In this document: piece by piece, positions 1 to 11,180 of the stretch
Layout: each line of letters begins with the position of its first letter
Numbering within the stretch: the stretch's first letter is position 1
Origin: Octopus vulgaris
Lineage: Eukaryota
DNA length: 64,000 nucleotides
Direction: 5' to 3'
Assembly: GCA_951406725.2 (NCBI GenBank)
Contig: OX597830.1
Location: 50,282,001 to 50,346,000, forward strand
The notes under the pieces: generated by a model
Database searches by the model: none
What the model was told of the DNA's origin: nothing
The model's input: the letters and a program-made list of their open reading frames with translations, nothing else
Position numbers and translations under genes: made by a program

Positions 1-121
1 CAACAAACTGTATATTATAGAAGACTATTTAAACAAGAAACAGTTGGGGGAGACAAGAGTTTGGAAGAGGAAATAACAAGCCTATCACCAAACTATGTAC
101 TCCATGTCAGTGGCAAAAACA

Positions 122-187
122 TTCTTGCTCTCTTTTGGACAAAGAATTTTACCAGACATAGTAAACCGTTCCTCTTCAGTGCAAGAA
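122..187 (-). ncRNA. Degenerate type I hammerhead ribozyme motif
   Basis: Minus strand TTCTTGC-A-CTGAAGA-GGAAC...GTCC-AAAA-GAGA-GCAAGAA. Stem I is 7 bp and the CTGAAGA core is present, but GAAA reads AAAA and stem III is lost. Confidence 0.4.
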
Positions 188-365
188 ACAAAATTTATTC
201 TACAATTATGCTATTATTAGTGTAATACTAATTGTAGACATACTGTCAGTATCGTCACCAATCATTTCTCAGGTGATGGTCAGGATACAAAGAATTGAAC
301 CAGAAATCCTTATTTTAGAACTGATTCTGATATTCTAACCACTAGGCAATAGTTCCAAAAGATAG

Positions 366-366
<1 letters not shown>

Positions 367-423
<57 letters not shown>
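367..423. repeat. (TG)n microsatellite
   Basis: Perfect TG run. Confidence 0.95.
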
Positions 424-425
<2 letters not shown>

Positions 426-803
426 ATGATTAAAAAGGTAAAATAAGAGATATAGAAGACAAGAAAATGGGAGGAACAAGAAACAAAACAGGAATAAAAG
501 GGCCACAGATAACAAGCTCACCTTCATCAATTGTCATCTGCTGGTAATAGCTATTGTGTGTGTGTGTGAGTATACATCTATAATCATTATATATGCAGAT
601 AGGAATAGATGTCCACAGAGGTAAGTGTTCATGTATATATATATATATGTGGATGAGGTAGTATGTTTAAAACAAGTGTTTTCTGGTTTCTAAAAGTTTG
701 GTAAGTGATAAAACACGAAACTCTTGACCCCTTGAGTCACGAAACTTTTGACCCCTTGCTTATGTTAAATATTGAATGAATATATATATATATATATATA
801 TAT

Positions 804-1112
804 AAAATTGACAGAATGAGATTAAAAATCTAAGGCTGTGAAATGTTTTCAGAACATTTATAAAGAAAATGTCTTACAACTGTTTCTGGGATATTTTATA
901 TATCCCTTCATCAGAGACAGTGTGAGAAAATGCTTGAGTAATAATTATTGTAGAGAAGATATGAAATACAGAGAAAAGTGAAGAAATGAAAACAGAAGTG
1001 AGATGCATAAGGATATTGTAATTGCAGTTCCATTATTTAAGCAGATTGATGTTTATATAAGTTTCCTGTACCTTGTGTGTGAGTTCGAATGGTGTTTAGA
1101 TTTGGTCATTCC
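804..1112 (-). mobile_element. Penelope-like element 3' end/pLTR fragment between (TA)n tracts
   Basis: Contains the HHR at 870-919. The minus-strand translation near 1035-1090 (ELTHKVQETYI / YKHQSA, frameshifted) loosely resembles the C-terminus of a PLE GIY-YIG endonuclease. Confidence 0.5.
870..919 (-). ncRNA. Minimal type I hammerhead ribozyme
   Basis: TGTCT-CTGATGA-A-GGGATAT(ATAAA)ATATCCC-A-GAAA-CAGTTG-TA^AGACA: 5-bp stem I, 7-bp stem II, near-palindromic stem III, GUA cleavage triplet. Confidence 0.8.
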
Positions 1113-1113
1113 A

Positions 1114-1150
<37 letters not shown>

Positions 1151-1153
<3 letters not shown>

Positions 1154-1382
1154 ATATTGTGTACATTAAAATACATTAAGAGGCCTCCAAATAGGAAAGC
1201 CTTGTGCTAGAAAGAGCAGTAGAAAATTCAACCCACTAATTAGGGATACATTCTCGAAAGGAATGAAAATTAAAAATGTTTACCATCTAATTTAGTTCCT
1301 AGACCATGGTTTCTGACTAATTTCAGTAAAAAAAAAACTCTTGGAAGCCTCTTAATGTGTTTTAATGTACATGATATCTTTA
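1151..1382. repeat. Inverted-repeat element (~30-40-bp arms, ~150-bp spacer)
   Basis: GTACATTAAAATACATTAAGAGGCCTCCAA (1161-1190) pairs with TTGGAAGCCTCTTAATGTGTTTTAATGTAC (1341-1370). Confidence 0.75.
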
Positions 1383-1480
1383 TGTGAATAATATATAGTC
1401 TATTGACTAATTTTTTTTTGTGCTAGGCAACTGGTAGTAATAATTTCTATAATTCTTATTACCCTAATATTATTTATTAT

Positions 1481-1531
<51 letters not shown>

Positions 1532-1551
1532 TACATACATACATACATACA

Positions 1552-1583
<32 letters not shown>

Positions 1584-1594
1584 CATATATGCAA

Positions 1595-1745
1595 AGTCTT
1601 TCTTTCAGTTTCTGTCTATCAAGTCCACTCATAAGGTTTTGGTAAACCTGGAGTTTTGGTAGAAGATACTTGCTCAAGGTGTCACCAGTGGGACAGAACC
1701 TGTAACCATATGGTTGGGAAGCAAGCTTCTTACCACACACCTATG
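1595..1745 (-). mobile_element. SINE family B, 5' half
   Basis: Matches the head of the other family B copies (gtgtggtaagaagcttgcttcccaacc...gagcaagtatcttctac...gaaactgaaagaag). Confidence 0.8.
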
Positions 1746-1754
1746 TCTGCACAT

Positions 1755-2135
1755 AAAGCTTTCCCACAGTCTCCTTCCATCACCATCATAACTGCTCATC
1801 ACTCATACCCTCTCCATCTAACATTTCCTTCTTATACTGCTAGCCACTGCTGACCCCACCTTCAGGTCACTCACAACTGGCACCCACCACACACTCACCA
1901 CCAACCATTTTACAGCTACCCATCACTCACCTTCTCTCTCAGTACCCCTTACAGTAACTCTTTCCATCATTACTACTTCTAGCAACCTCTACCCCTTTTC
2001 TCCCCACCCTCTTCCTTATCACTCCTGCCATGCCACCCTCTTCATGCCCCCACATCACCCATCCTTCCATCCTAGTTCACCTTCCACAATCTCCCTCTCT
2101 GAACCCCTCTTTTACCCACTGCATTAGTCACATTA
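1755..2135 (-). mobile_element. Degenerate RTE-like LINE fragment, paralogous to 17365-17750
   Basis: Closely similar to 17365-17750. The RTE assignment is inferred from weak similarity to the endonuclease region. Confidence 0.5.
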
Positions 2136-2138
2136 CTG

Positions 2139-2356
2139 TTTCTTTATTACCCACAAGGGGCTAAACACAGAGGGGACAGACAAGGACAGACAAAGGGATT
2201 AAGTCGATTACATCAACCCCAGTGTGTAACTGGTATTTAATTTATCAACCCCAAAAGAATGAAAGGCAAAGTGGACCTCGGCGGAATTTGAACTCAGAAC
2301 GTAATGGCAGACGAAATATGGCTACGCATTTCGCCCGGCGTGCTAACGTTTCTGCC
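2139..2356 (-). mobile_element. SINE family A (tRNA-derived)
   Basis: Reverse complement of the consensus ggcagaaacgttagcacgccgggcgaaat...gagttcaaattccgccgaggtc...cctttcggggtcgataaattaagtacc...cccttgtgggtagtaaagaaa. Confidence 0.9.
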
Positions 2357-2416
2357 TACCCTGTACCAACACAGCTGATATACAACAGAGAAGGTCCCTT
2401 TTGTTTTACAGGGTAC

Positions 2417-2660
2417 AAGGCACGTGGCCGAGTCATTTGGATATTCAGCTCACAATTGTAAGGTCGTGAGTTCGATTTCCAGGGGTGCATTGTGTCCTTG
2501 AGCAAGACACTTTATTTCACGTTGCTCCAATCCACTCAGCTGGCAAAAAATGAGTAGTACCTGTAATTCAAAGGGGGCCAGCCTTGTCCCATTCTGTGTC
2601 ACACTGAATCTCCCCGAGAACTATGTTATGGGTTTGCATGTTTGTGGAATGCTGACCCAC
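2417..2660 (+). mobile_element. SINE family C (tRNA head, gtgtccttgagcaagacactttatttcac body)
   Basis: B-box gagttcgatttcc; body shared with 17810-18135. Confidence 0.8.
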
Positions 2661-2780
2661 ATGCTCTCCTACTACTCCTGCTCGTGATCAGAGATGCACA
2701 AATTGTCAACCACTAAGGGACATACTCAAGTGGTTAAGGTCAATCAACTGACAAGCAAGTCTGTGGCATTGAGCAGAATA

Positions 2781-3079
2781 TCTTTATATATAAAAGTTAG
2801 GTTGTGTGCTGCCTGTCTCCTACGATTTAGATTCCTAACTACTCCCACATTTTGCGGTGCAGTTTAACAAAAACCGGGTATCTTATAGTCGTGATTCATA
2901 TCGAGCCCTTCTGGGTATTAGCGCGCGTCTACAATGAGTCTACGATTTAAAAAAAATTTACCATAATTTTTTTTCCATTTTTAATGCATTTTTTTGCTAT
3001 TTTTTGGCTATAACTCTCTAAAAATGCTTATATAGTTATTTCCCTTACAAACCCGAGCAACACCGGGCGATAATGCTAG
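2781..3079 (+). mobile_element. Non-autonomous Helitron
   Basis: Begins TC, has the subterminal hairpin CCCGAGCAACACCGGG, ends CTAG, and sits between A and T with no TSD (gagcagaata|tttgct). Second copy at 15413-15925. Confidence 0.85.
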
Positions 3080-3143
3080 TTTGCTATAAAGATATTTCTG
3101 CTTTAACAACTCAGCTCTGAATCTTTCTGAAATGTAATGGAAA

Positions 3144-3302
3144 ATATTCTGTTGTGTCTGGGGAGAGTCATTTTCTTTTTGTGCCTTATTATGTAACACA
3201 CTCACCGGTAAAATTTCCACTTTTTTCTTATTTTTATTCTCCTAAAATTTTATATTATAAGGCACAAAAAGAAAATGACTCTCCCCAGACACAACAGAAT
3301 AT
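3144..3302. repeat. Perfect 46-bp inverted repeat with 67-bp spacer
   Basis: 3144-3189 is the reverse complement of 3257-3302. Confidence 0.9.
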
Positions 3303-3764
3303 AATAATAATAATAATGAAATTATTGTATACAGTGCTCAGGTGCACCACAACTTGTCAGAAAGTGCATATAAAGTACATGCAGTAATGTAGAAATGTCT
3401 GGAAAGTGAACATGCTTGTGTGTGTATGGAGGGGAGAAAATCAAGTGTAGTGTTGGCGAATCTCAGGAAGCATGGAAGTTTTGAAGGATGCAGTGCTCTG
3501 ACAACTAACAACCGATGCCGGCAGTTTGTTCCATGCTTCAGCAACTCTCAGCGTGAAAAAATGTTTCCTGAAGTCATGGGAGCTGTGCTGTTTTCTTACT
3601 TTGTAAATATGTCCACGGGTGTTAGATGGGTGGAGTTTGAAGAGGTGCTCAGAGTTATTGTTTGTGCGATGGTTGATCATTTTATGGGTGTCTGCCAAGT
3701 CAGCTGCCAGACGTCGGAGTTTCAATGTGTCCATGCCCAGGGAAGTAAGGCGTTGCTTCAACAC
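3300..3764 (-). mobile_element. CR1-clade LINE 3' end (ORF2 C-terminus, 3'UTR, (ATT)n tail)
   Basis: ORF 3441-3764 contains LRRL..DL, TRGH..K, RKHFFTLRVAEAWNKLP.SVV...S..SFK, the hallmark CR1 ORF2 C-terminus. Confidence 0.9.
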
Positions 3765-4206
3765 ACGAACTCATATAAAGAATCTTGCAAACCAAATCCA
3801 AAAACGAAATGTAATGGAAAATAGGCCAGATTAGTAGTGATTTCCTTTGATTCCTAGAATGAAGCAAATAGGAAATAACACTAACAGACCAAAGACAGAA
3901 AAGTTTAAAAACAATTTTGTTCCACTGTGTTATTTGGTCAAGAATCACACTGACAACAACTTCATACTTTATGCATTCATTGAAAACTGATTAGCATAAT
4001 TTTGGATATAAAAGAGAGCAGGGTTCCATCGGGGCTGCTGGGAATGTTTGCATAGAAGCATCCTGTGTTGGACTCTTGATATGTGACCTTTTATGGATGA
4101 CAAATTCAGCTTTTGATAGTGAAATGCAACCACTGACTGTGCAGGTGAAATCATCTCTGCTTCTGCTATCAAGCAGAACTTCAACATCCTGCAGTGCTTA
4201 GATATC

Positions 4207-4670
4207 GTGTGTGTGTGTGTGTGTTTTGTGTGCGTGTGGTTTTTGTGTGTGTTCTTGTGTATTTGTGTGTGTGTTTGTGTGTGTGTGTATTTGTGTGTGT
4301 GTGTGTGTGTATTTGTGTATGTTTGTGTGTGTACCTGTGTGTGCTTGTGTGTGTGTGTGTGAGTGTGTGTGTGTTTGTGTGTGTGTATTTGTGTATGTTT
4401 GTGTGTGTACACGTATGTGTTTATGTGTGTTTGTGTGCGTGTGGTTTTTGTGTGTGTTCTTGTGTATTTGTGTGTATTTGTGTGTGTTTGTGTGTGTGTG
4501 TATTTGTGTATGTTTGTGTGTGTACCCGCACATGTTTATGTGTGTTTGTGTGTGTGTGTGTGTGCTTTTGTGTGCATGTGTTTTTGAGTGTGTGTTCTTG
4601 TGTATTTGTGTGTGTGCATTTGTGTATGTTTGTGTGTGTACCCGCGTGTGTTTATATATGTGTGTGTGTG
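4207..4670. repeat. Compound TG-rich microsatellite
   Basis: Degenerate (TG)n with internal higher-order repeats. Confidence 0.95.
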
Positions 4671-5469
4671 TTAAATTTTTACAAAGGAAAGTTTGGCAGC
4701 AACTTCAAAGTTTCAGTTTGTTTGACTTAATCAGACTCTATGATCATAGTGAACAAGCCAAAACTTCGAAGTCACTATCAATCTTTCCCTTGTAAAACTT
4801 TAATATATATATATATATACGCTAATAAAAGTATTAAGTAATCCTTGAGTTTAATGTTAAATTGATTTTATATATAACTTGACATAAAATCCAAAATTGA
4901 TAATTACATACAAACTTACATATATACAATATATATATATATTTATGTATTTGTACATACACACACATAAATTGAAAGTTGCTATGAAAAAAAAAAAGAA
5001 ACACAATGAACAAACTCTAAAACCTAAATACAACCTAAATAACAAAAAAAAAAATAAAAATAAAAATACAGAAATTTTGTATGAAAGTGGAAATTCCAAT
5101 TCTAATACGGCATTTTTTACCCGAAAAAACAAACGTAAATGATGACGATGATGATAATGATGATGATGATGGTGATGATGATGAAAGAGATGATAACAAC
5201 AACAACAACAACAACAAACGAAAACAATAATAATTGACAAAACCCTTTTAACGACTTTGGTTACTGGCAAAGGTTGAAAGTATCAATAGCAAAAATTAAG
5301 CAAACATAAAAAAAAAAGGAGCAAAAAAAAAAAAATGTATTTTTATTTTAAATTATCAATTTATCTTTTATTAGGGTAATATTTCATTGTTGTTGTTGTT
5401 GTTTTTGATATAGGTTAATTGTTTTTTTTTTTTAATTCTTCGTTTGCTTTCTTCAATTGAAATATATTG

Positions 5470-5510
<41 letters not shown>

Positions 5511-5729
5511 CACTATCATATATTCCAGTTTATCACATACATAGACTTAACTCTAACACAGCATACTGCTTAGTAGTAGTAGTAGTAGTAGTAGCGGCGG
5601 TGGTGGTGGTGGTGGTGGTGGTGGTGTTGGTGATGGATATTAAACCTTTCTATTGTCATGTTTGGTATATGATAGCTTTAATTGTATTTCATAAATATAT
5701 TTGTCATTACCACTAGCATTATCAGGAAC

Positions 5730-6355
5730 ATCACCATCACAATCAACCATCACCACCACTGCTACTACCACTACTATTACCACTACCATCATAACCATCA
5801 ACACCATCGTTATCACCACCACCACCACCACCATCGCAACCAACATGAACACCACCACAACCACAATCACCACCACCACCACCACAACCATCACCACAAC
5901 TATCCCCAACCCCATCACTATCATCATCACTACCATCACCATCACAATTACTACTATTACCATTATCATCATAACCACCATCACCACTACTACTATTACC
6001 ATTATCATCATAACCACCATCACCACTACCATCACCACTACCATCACAACCAGCATGATCACCAACACAACCACCATAACCATCATCACAACCATCCTCA
6101 CCCCCATCACTATCATCATCATAAGCACCGTCACTACCATCACCATCCTCATCACCACCACCATCACAATTACTACTACCACTATTACCATTATCATCAT
6201 AACCATCATCATCACAACCATCCCTCTCACACCACCACCACCACCACCACCAGCCACATGATCACTCTCCCATCCACCACCACCACCACCAGCCTCATGA
6301 CCCCTCTCCCATCCATCACAACCACTGCCACCACCACCACCACCAACAACACCAC
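5730..6355. repeat. (CAC/CAT/TAC)n trinucleotide tract
   Basis: Source of the spurious poly-His, poly-Thr and poly-Val ORFs. Confidence 0.95.
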
Positions 6356-6709
6356 TCTATAACTTACAGTTATTGCAAATGTACATAAGTATCGGCTACA
6401 TGAAAGTATCATAAGTACATAAGTATCGTCTACATGAAATACTTGACCTTCTAGAAATAGCAGGGGAATCTCCTTCAAATAACCCTCTGCTATCTTTATG
6501 TGGGGTCAATTGCACATTGTCTGAAATGGGAAGGTCACAGTTGGAATATATTCAAATGTAGCCGATCTGGATCAAGATGTGCCTAGGGTTAAGTGACACT
6601 TTAAATGTTAACATCATTTCTTCACCACATTAGCTAATAAGATTAATTAGTGAAAGACATCTTATTAGGGGAAACCTTGGAATAGTTTCATTGCAGGATA
6701 TAAAAACAA

Positions 6710-7098
6710 GTGATGGGAACGATGGTGGTGGCAGTGTTGGGGGAGATGATGATGGTGGTGATGATGGTAGTGGTGATGGTGGTGATGGTAGTGGTGATAG
6801 TAGTGATGAGGAATGATGTTGATGACAATGGTAGTGATGATGCAGGTGATGCTGGGGAAGGTGGTGACGACGATGTTGATGATGATTAGAGATGACAATG
6901 CTGATGATGATGATGATGATGATGATGGTGATGAAGGTAATAATGGCCATGGTAGTGATGGTAGTGATATGTTAATCAAGGTGATGATGATGCTGATGCT
7001 GATAATGCTGCTGCTGCTGTTGTTGATGTGAATAATACTGATGATGTCAATGATGATGATGTCAATGTTAATGACGTCAGTGATAATGATGATGAGTG

Positions 7099-7130
<32 letters not shown>

Positions 7131-7170
7131 GATAATGGTAACACTATTAACTACCACCACCACCACCACT
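6710..7170. repeat. (GAT/GGT)n trinucleotide tract
   Basis: Degenerate trinucleotide repeat, opposite in orientation to 5730-6355. Confidence 0.9.
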
Positions 7171-7824
7171 ATCAGTGCCAGTGTTAACAGCAACAACATG
7201 GAGAAACCTTAAAAGTAAGTAACTTTTCAATTTGCTATTCACCCCAAACCCCCAGACCACCCCTCGCCCCCACACTGTTCTCCTCCTCCGTTCTCTTCTA
7301 GAAATCTTTCTCGTTAATGTAATTTACATAACATGTTCAACTCATAAACCAAACACTGGCAGGTGATGATGGAGTCTGAACGAGATTTTCACTTGGGGAA
7401 GTGATTTGCTTTTCATACTTATCAATATGTCTATTGATAGACTAAATGTGTATAATTACACATGTATGTATAAATGTCTCTCTATATATATATCTGTCAG
7501 ACTGCATCTTTAGCTATTATAGACTTTACTTTGACCAGCTTAACTTACGAGAGATTCTTTTTAATACACCATCGAAATTCTAAGTCTTTTAAATGAAACC
7601 CTCCAAGGTTTCTAATGAAATTCCTGCCAACAAAAACCTAAGTACAGAATCAGGACATAAATCTACAGGTAAACACACACACACACACATATGAGAGGGT
7701 ATATGCAACTACCATTACATACACTTTGACTATTAAAAATGTGTCTACATTGACGACAGAGGTTAAACCTACGCTAAGCAAACACTCGGAGAGATACTTA
7801 GCTAAAAGCAAACACTTAACTTAC

Positions 7825-7932
7825 CACTATCCCCGAAGGAGTTGAAACTTTGCATAACCAGAGAAGAAATCTCTCCGTAAACAAGTAGGTGTTTACTTAT
7901 TAATGGAAACTTAACTAATAAAGTCAGCACAT
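7825..7932 (-). other. Possible 108-nt symmetric (phase 1-1) exon of an unknown gene
   Basis: Acceptor tttatttccaacag, open frame (D)VLTLLVKFPLISKHLLVYGEISSLVMQSFNSFGDS(G), donor gtaagt. No recognisable homology. Confidence 0.2.
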
Positions 7933-8323
7933 CTGTTGGAAATAAACTGGGTATTTTTGCAGAAGATTTTGCTTTATTAGTTGTTTTTTTAAGCAGTAAA
8001 ATTAAATGAACTTCTGTCTGAACAAACTTTTTAGTAATGCACACAATATAAAGTTTATATTTTTTTAGCAGTCAATCAAGAGGGAATACTTTACCATTTC
8101 TATATTTATGGTTTTATGGAGTGGCAAAAAGGTTAAGAGGATGTGCTGCTGTTTAGCAGTAGAAAGGACAGGAGATTGAGAGTCACAGCAAACATTTTAG
8201 CAAAATGGGTGCGAAACTGTATGGAAGCATTGGTTCGCAAATCACACATCAGATCTGTGGGTGATTCAAAGCAAACGAGGATATCAATATTGAAAAGTAA
8301 AGAGATGATTCTTACTATGTGTG

Positions 8324-8945
8324 TAGCAGTTCTCAACAGGATACATATGATCCCTTGGGGGACCACATAAGATTTTGTTGCTAAAATTTATGTACAATAA
8401 ATTGGTCATACTTCAACGATACATAAAATATTTTAACAATTTTTTTTTTATATATAGGGACAGGCATGGCTGTGTGGTAAGAAGGTTTGCTTCCCAGCCA
8501 CGTGATTCCAGGTTCAGTCCCACTATGCAGCATATTGGGAGAGTGTCTTCTACATTAACCTTGAGCTGATCAAAGCTTTGTGAATGGATTTGGTAGATGG
8601 AAACTGAAAGAAGCCTATCATACATATGTGTTTGTGTTTCTCCCCCATTGCCACTTGGCAATCAGCATTGGTGTGTTTACACTTCCATGACTTAGCAGTT
8701 CAGCAAAAGAGATTGACAGAATAAGTATCAAACTTTAAAAATATAAGAACAGGGTCAATTCGTTCAATTAAAAGTTGTTTGTGGTGGTGCCCCAGTATGG
8801 CCACAGTCTAATGACTGAAACAAGTAAAAGATGAAATACCAAAAGATCACTTAATTACAGAAATATAATGGGACATTTTTATGATCCACATGAGTTAAAC
8901 AGAAATCGAAGGGGTCCTTAGGTAAAAAATGGTCGAGAAACACTG
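8324..8945 (+). mobile_element. hAT-like MITE interrupted by a SINE B copy (~8455-8835)
   Basis: Termini tagcagttctcaac and gtcgagaaacactg resemble CAGTGGTTCTCAA-type hAT TIRs. Confidence 0.55.
8455..8835 (+). mobile_element. SINE family B, full length
   Basis: Head ggcatggctgtgtggtaagaag, tail ggccacagtctaatgactgaaacaagtaaaag. Confidence 0.85.
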
Positions 8946-9444
8946 GCCTAGACGATAACATTGATCCCAGTGTTCAATTTGTACTTATGTCACAGACCCC
9001 AAAAAGATGAAAGACATGCCAACCTCAGCAGAATTTTTGGACTCAGATTGAAAAACCAGAAGAAATGTTGCCAAGTATTCTGTTTTGATGTGCAGGCAAT
9101 TCTGCTATCTTACTACATTGCAAAGTGAAGAGATAATCTTTTTTTTTACTATAGGCACAAGGCCTGAAATTTGGGGGTGTGGGATAGTTGATTGCATTGA
9201 CCCCCAATGTTTCATTGATACTTAATTTATTGACACTGGTGGAATTTGAACTCAGAACATAAGGACAGGTGAAATTTCGCTAAGCATTTTGCCCGGTGTG
9301 GCTAAAGAAGCAACCAACTTCATCATCATCATCGTTTAACGTCCGCTAGCATGGGTTGGACGATTTTGACTGAGGGCTGGCAAACCAGATGGCTGCACCA
9401 GGCTCCAATCTTGATCTGGTAGAGTTTCTACAGCTGGATGCCCG

Positions 9445-9489
<45 letters not shown>

Positions 9490-10035
9490 CAATAGACTTC
9501 CATATAGTTTCTGTTTACCAAATTCACTCCTAAGGCATTGGTCAGCACAGAGCTATTGTAGAAGACAAAAGGCAAGGTTGCCATGCCATAGGATTGAAAC
9601 CAAAGCCAAATGGTCAGAAAGTTATGCCTGAAATCAGAATGCTTTTGCCACCTGGAAAGTGGTCATGATGATATGTACAATTGGATTATGAAGGAATTCC
9701 ATATAATGTACTCAATGTTAACTCTGAGTACACAACAGGAGGACTGGAATCAGAGATGGATTAACAGATTAAAGGAATCTCATATGTAATAAAAAGAGAT
9801 AAGTAGTTAGCAGTTAGAATGCACATGAAATAAATTCTTTCAAATATTGATGTAATTTTCTAGCATTTGTTACCTAGGTAACCTAATAAGTAGGAGTGGT
9901 TGTTTTGAAAGAATAATAGTCAGTGTAAGAATCAAGTTGGAAAAATTTAATGAGCTATTACCTCTTTTAGCAACGAGGGTGTTCATTAGTTATAGGAAAG
10001 CCAAATGATATGATGTTTGAAGTGCAGTGTTGCAT

Positions 10036-10266
10036 GGTAGCGAGCTGGCAGAAACGTTACCACGCAGGCCAAAATCCGTAGCCGTATTTCGTCTGCCATT
10101 ACGTTCTGAGTTCAAATTCTGCCAAGGTCGACTTTGCCTTTCATCCTTTCGGGGTCGATATATTAAGTACCAGTTACGCACTGGGGTCGATGTAATCGAC
10201 TTAATCCGCTTGTCTGTCCTTGTTTGTCCCCTCTGTGTTTAGCCCCTTGTGGGTAGTAAAGAAATA
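10036..10266 (+). mobile_element. SINE family A with TSD
   Basis: Full consensus match, flanked by AGTGTTGCATGG at 10026 and 10267. Confidence 0.92.
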
Positions 10267-10358
10267 AGTGTTGCATGGCAGTGATACATGGACACTGAAA
10301 GTGTGAATGGGTACAGAAACAGTGAGGCGAGTATATACCATAGGATGTACAATGGTAA

Positions 10359-10779
10359 CCCTTTAGCATTTGAACTGACCATATCCAGCCCAAATATTCT
10401 GTTTTATGTCCAAACTGGTTAGATCTGGACTCTAACACCTACCCCACAAGTCACTCTAAAAATAAACAATCACGTCATTGAGATCTTGAAGCTACTGGAT
10501 AATGCACGATTAATCCAAAACAGCAGGCGTGGTGTGCTGGTACCACATAATGACAACTGGTGCTGATAACGTGTAAAAAGCATGCGGTACGCTCTGTGGA
10601 GTGGTTGGCATTGGAAAGGACATCCAGCCATCCCTGGCCTTGTCATCCTGCCAATGCCATCCAGCCAATGTCAGTATGGAAAACGGACATTAAATGATGA
10701 TGATGATGATGGTAATGATGGTAAAGAGTGTGAATAAATAAGTATTTCATTTGACGTAAATAATCTGAATGTTGAAGGG
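10359..10779 (+). mobile_element. piggyBac-like MITE with nested RTE-tailed SINE (~10522-10727)
   Basis: Ends (g)taaCCCTTTAGCATT and AATGTTGAAGGGttaa. An uninterrupted relative lies at 25568-25788 (minus). Confidence 0.7.
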
Positions 10780-10844
10780 TTAATAATGCATGTGACGTGT
10801 TGAGTGGGAAACTGTGTGTAGAGAGAAAAGCTAGACGAGGAGGA

Positions 10845-11180
10845 AGCTAACGTAAGGTGTAAGAAAGGAAACTGAGGTGGTACGGCAGGTATGTGATGGC
10901 TATGGGGGAGGGGAAAGGAGAAAGGAAAGGAAAAGAGGAGGAGGAGGAAAAGGAGAAGAAGAGGGGGGAAGGGATGAGGAGGAGAGACAGAGGGAGAGGA
11001 TGCGGAAGGGAAGGAGGGGAGAAGGAGGCAGAGGGGAAAAGGATGAGGAAGGAAAGACGAAGGGGAGGACGTGGAAGGAGAGGAGGAGAGAAGGAGAAGA
11101 AGGAAGAAGAGGAGGAGAGAAGGAGAAGAAGGAAGAAGAGGAGAGGAGGAGGAGGAAGAGGAAGGGGCAGGAAGGCGGCA
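10845..11180. repeat. GA-rich polypurine tract
   Basis: Degenerate (GGA/GAA)n. Confidence 0.9.

Noticed and set aside
654-672. let-7-like TGAGGTAGTA
   Set aside because: Only ~10 nt match and there is no hairpin partner.
4194-4795. Long Cys/Val- or His/Thr-rich ORFs
   Set aside because: Translations of (TG)n repeats. The same applies to the YI-, YLSI- and HT-rich ORFs at ~20.2-21.0, 28, 45.7, 48.3-49.5, 60 and 62 kb.
5640-6362. Poly-His, mucin-like and Met/Val ORFs
   Set aside because: A trinucleotide microsatellite open in several frames, with no splice or domain support.
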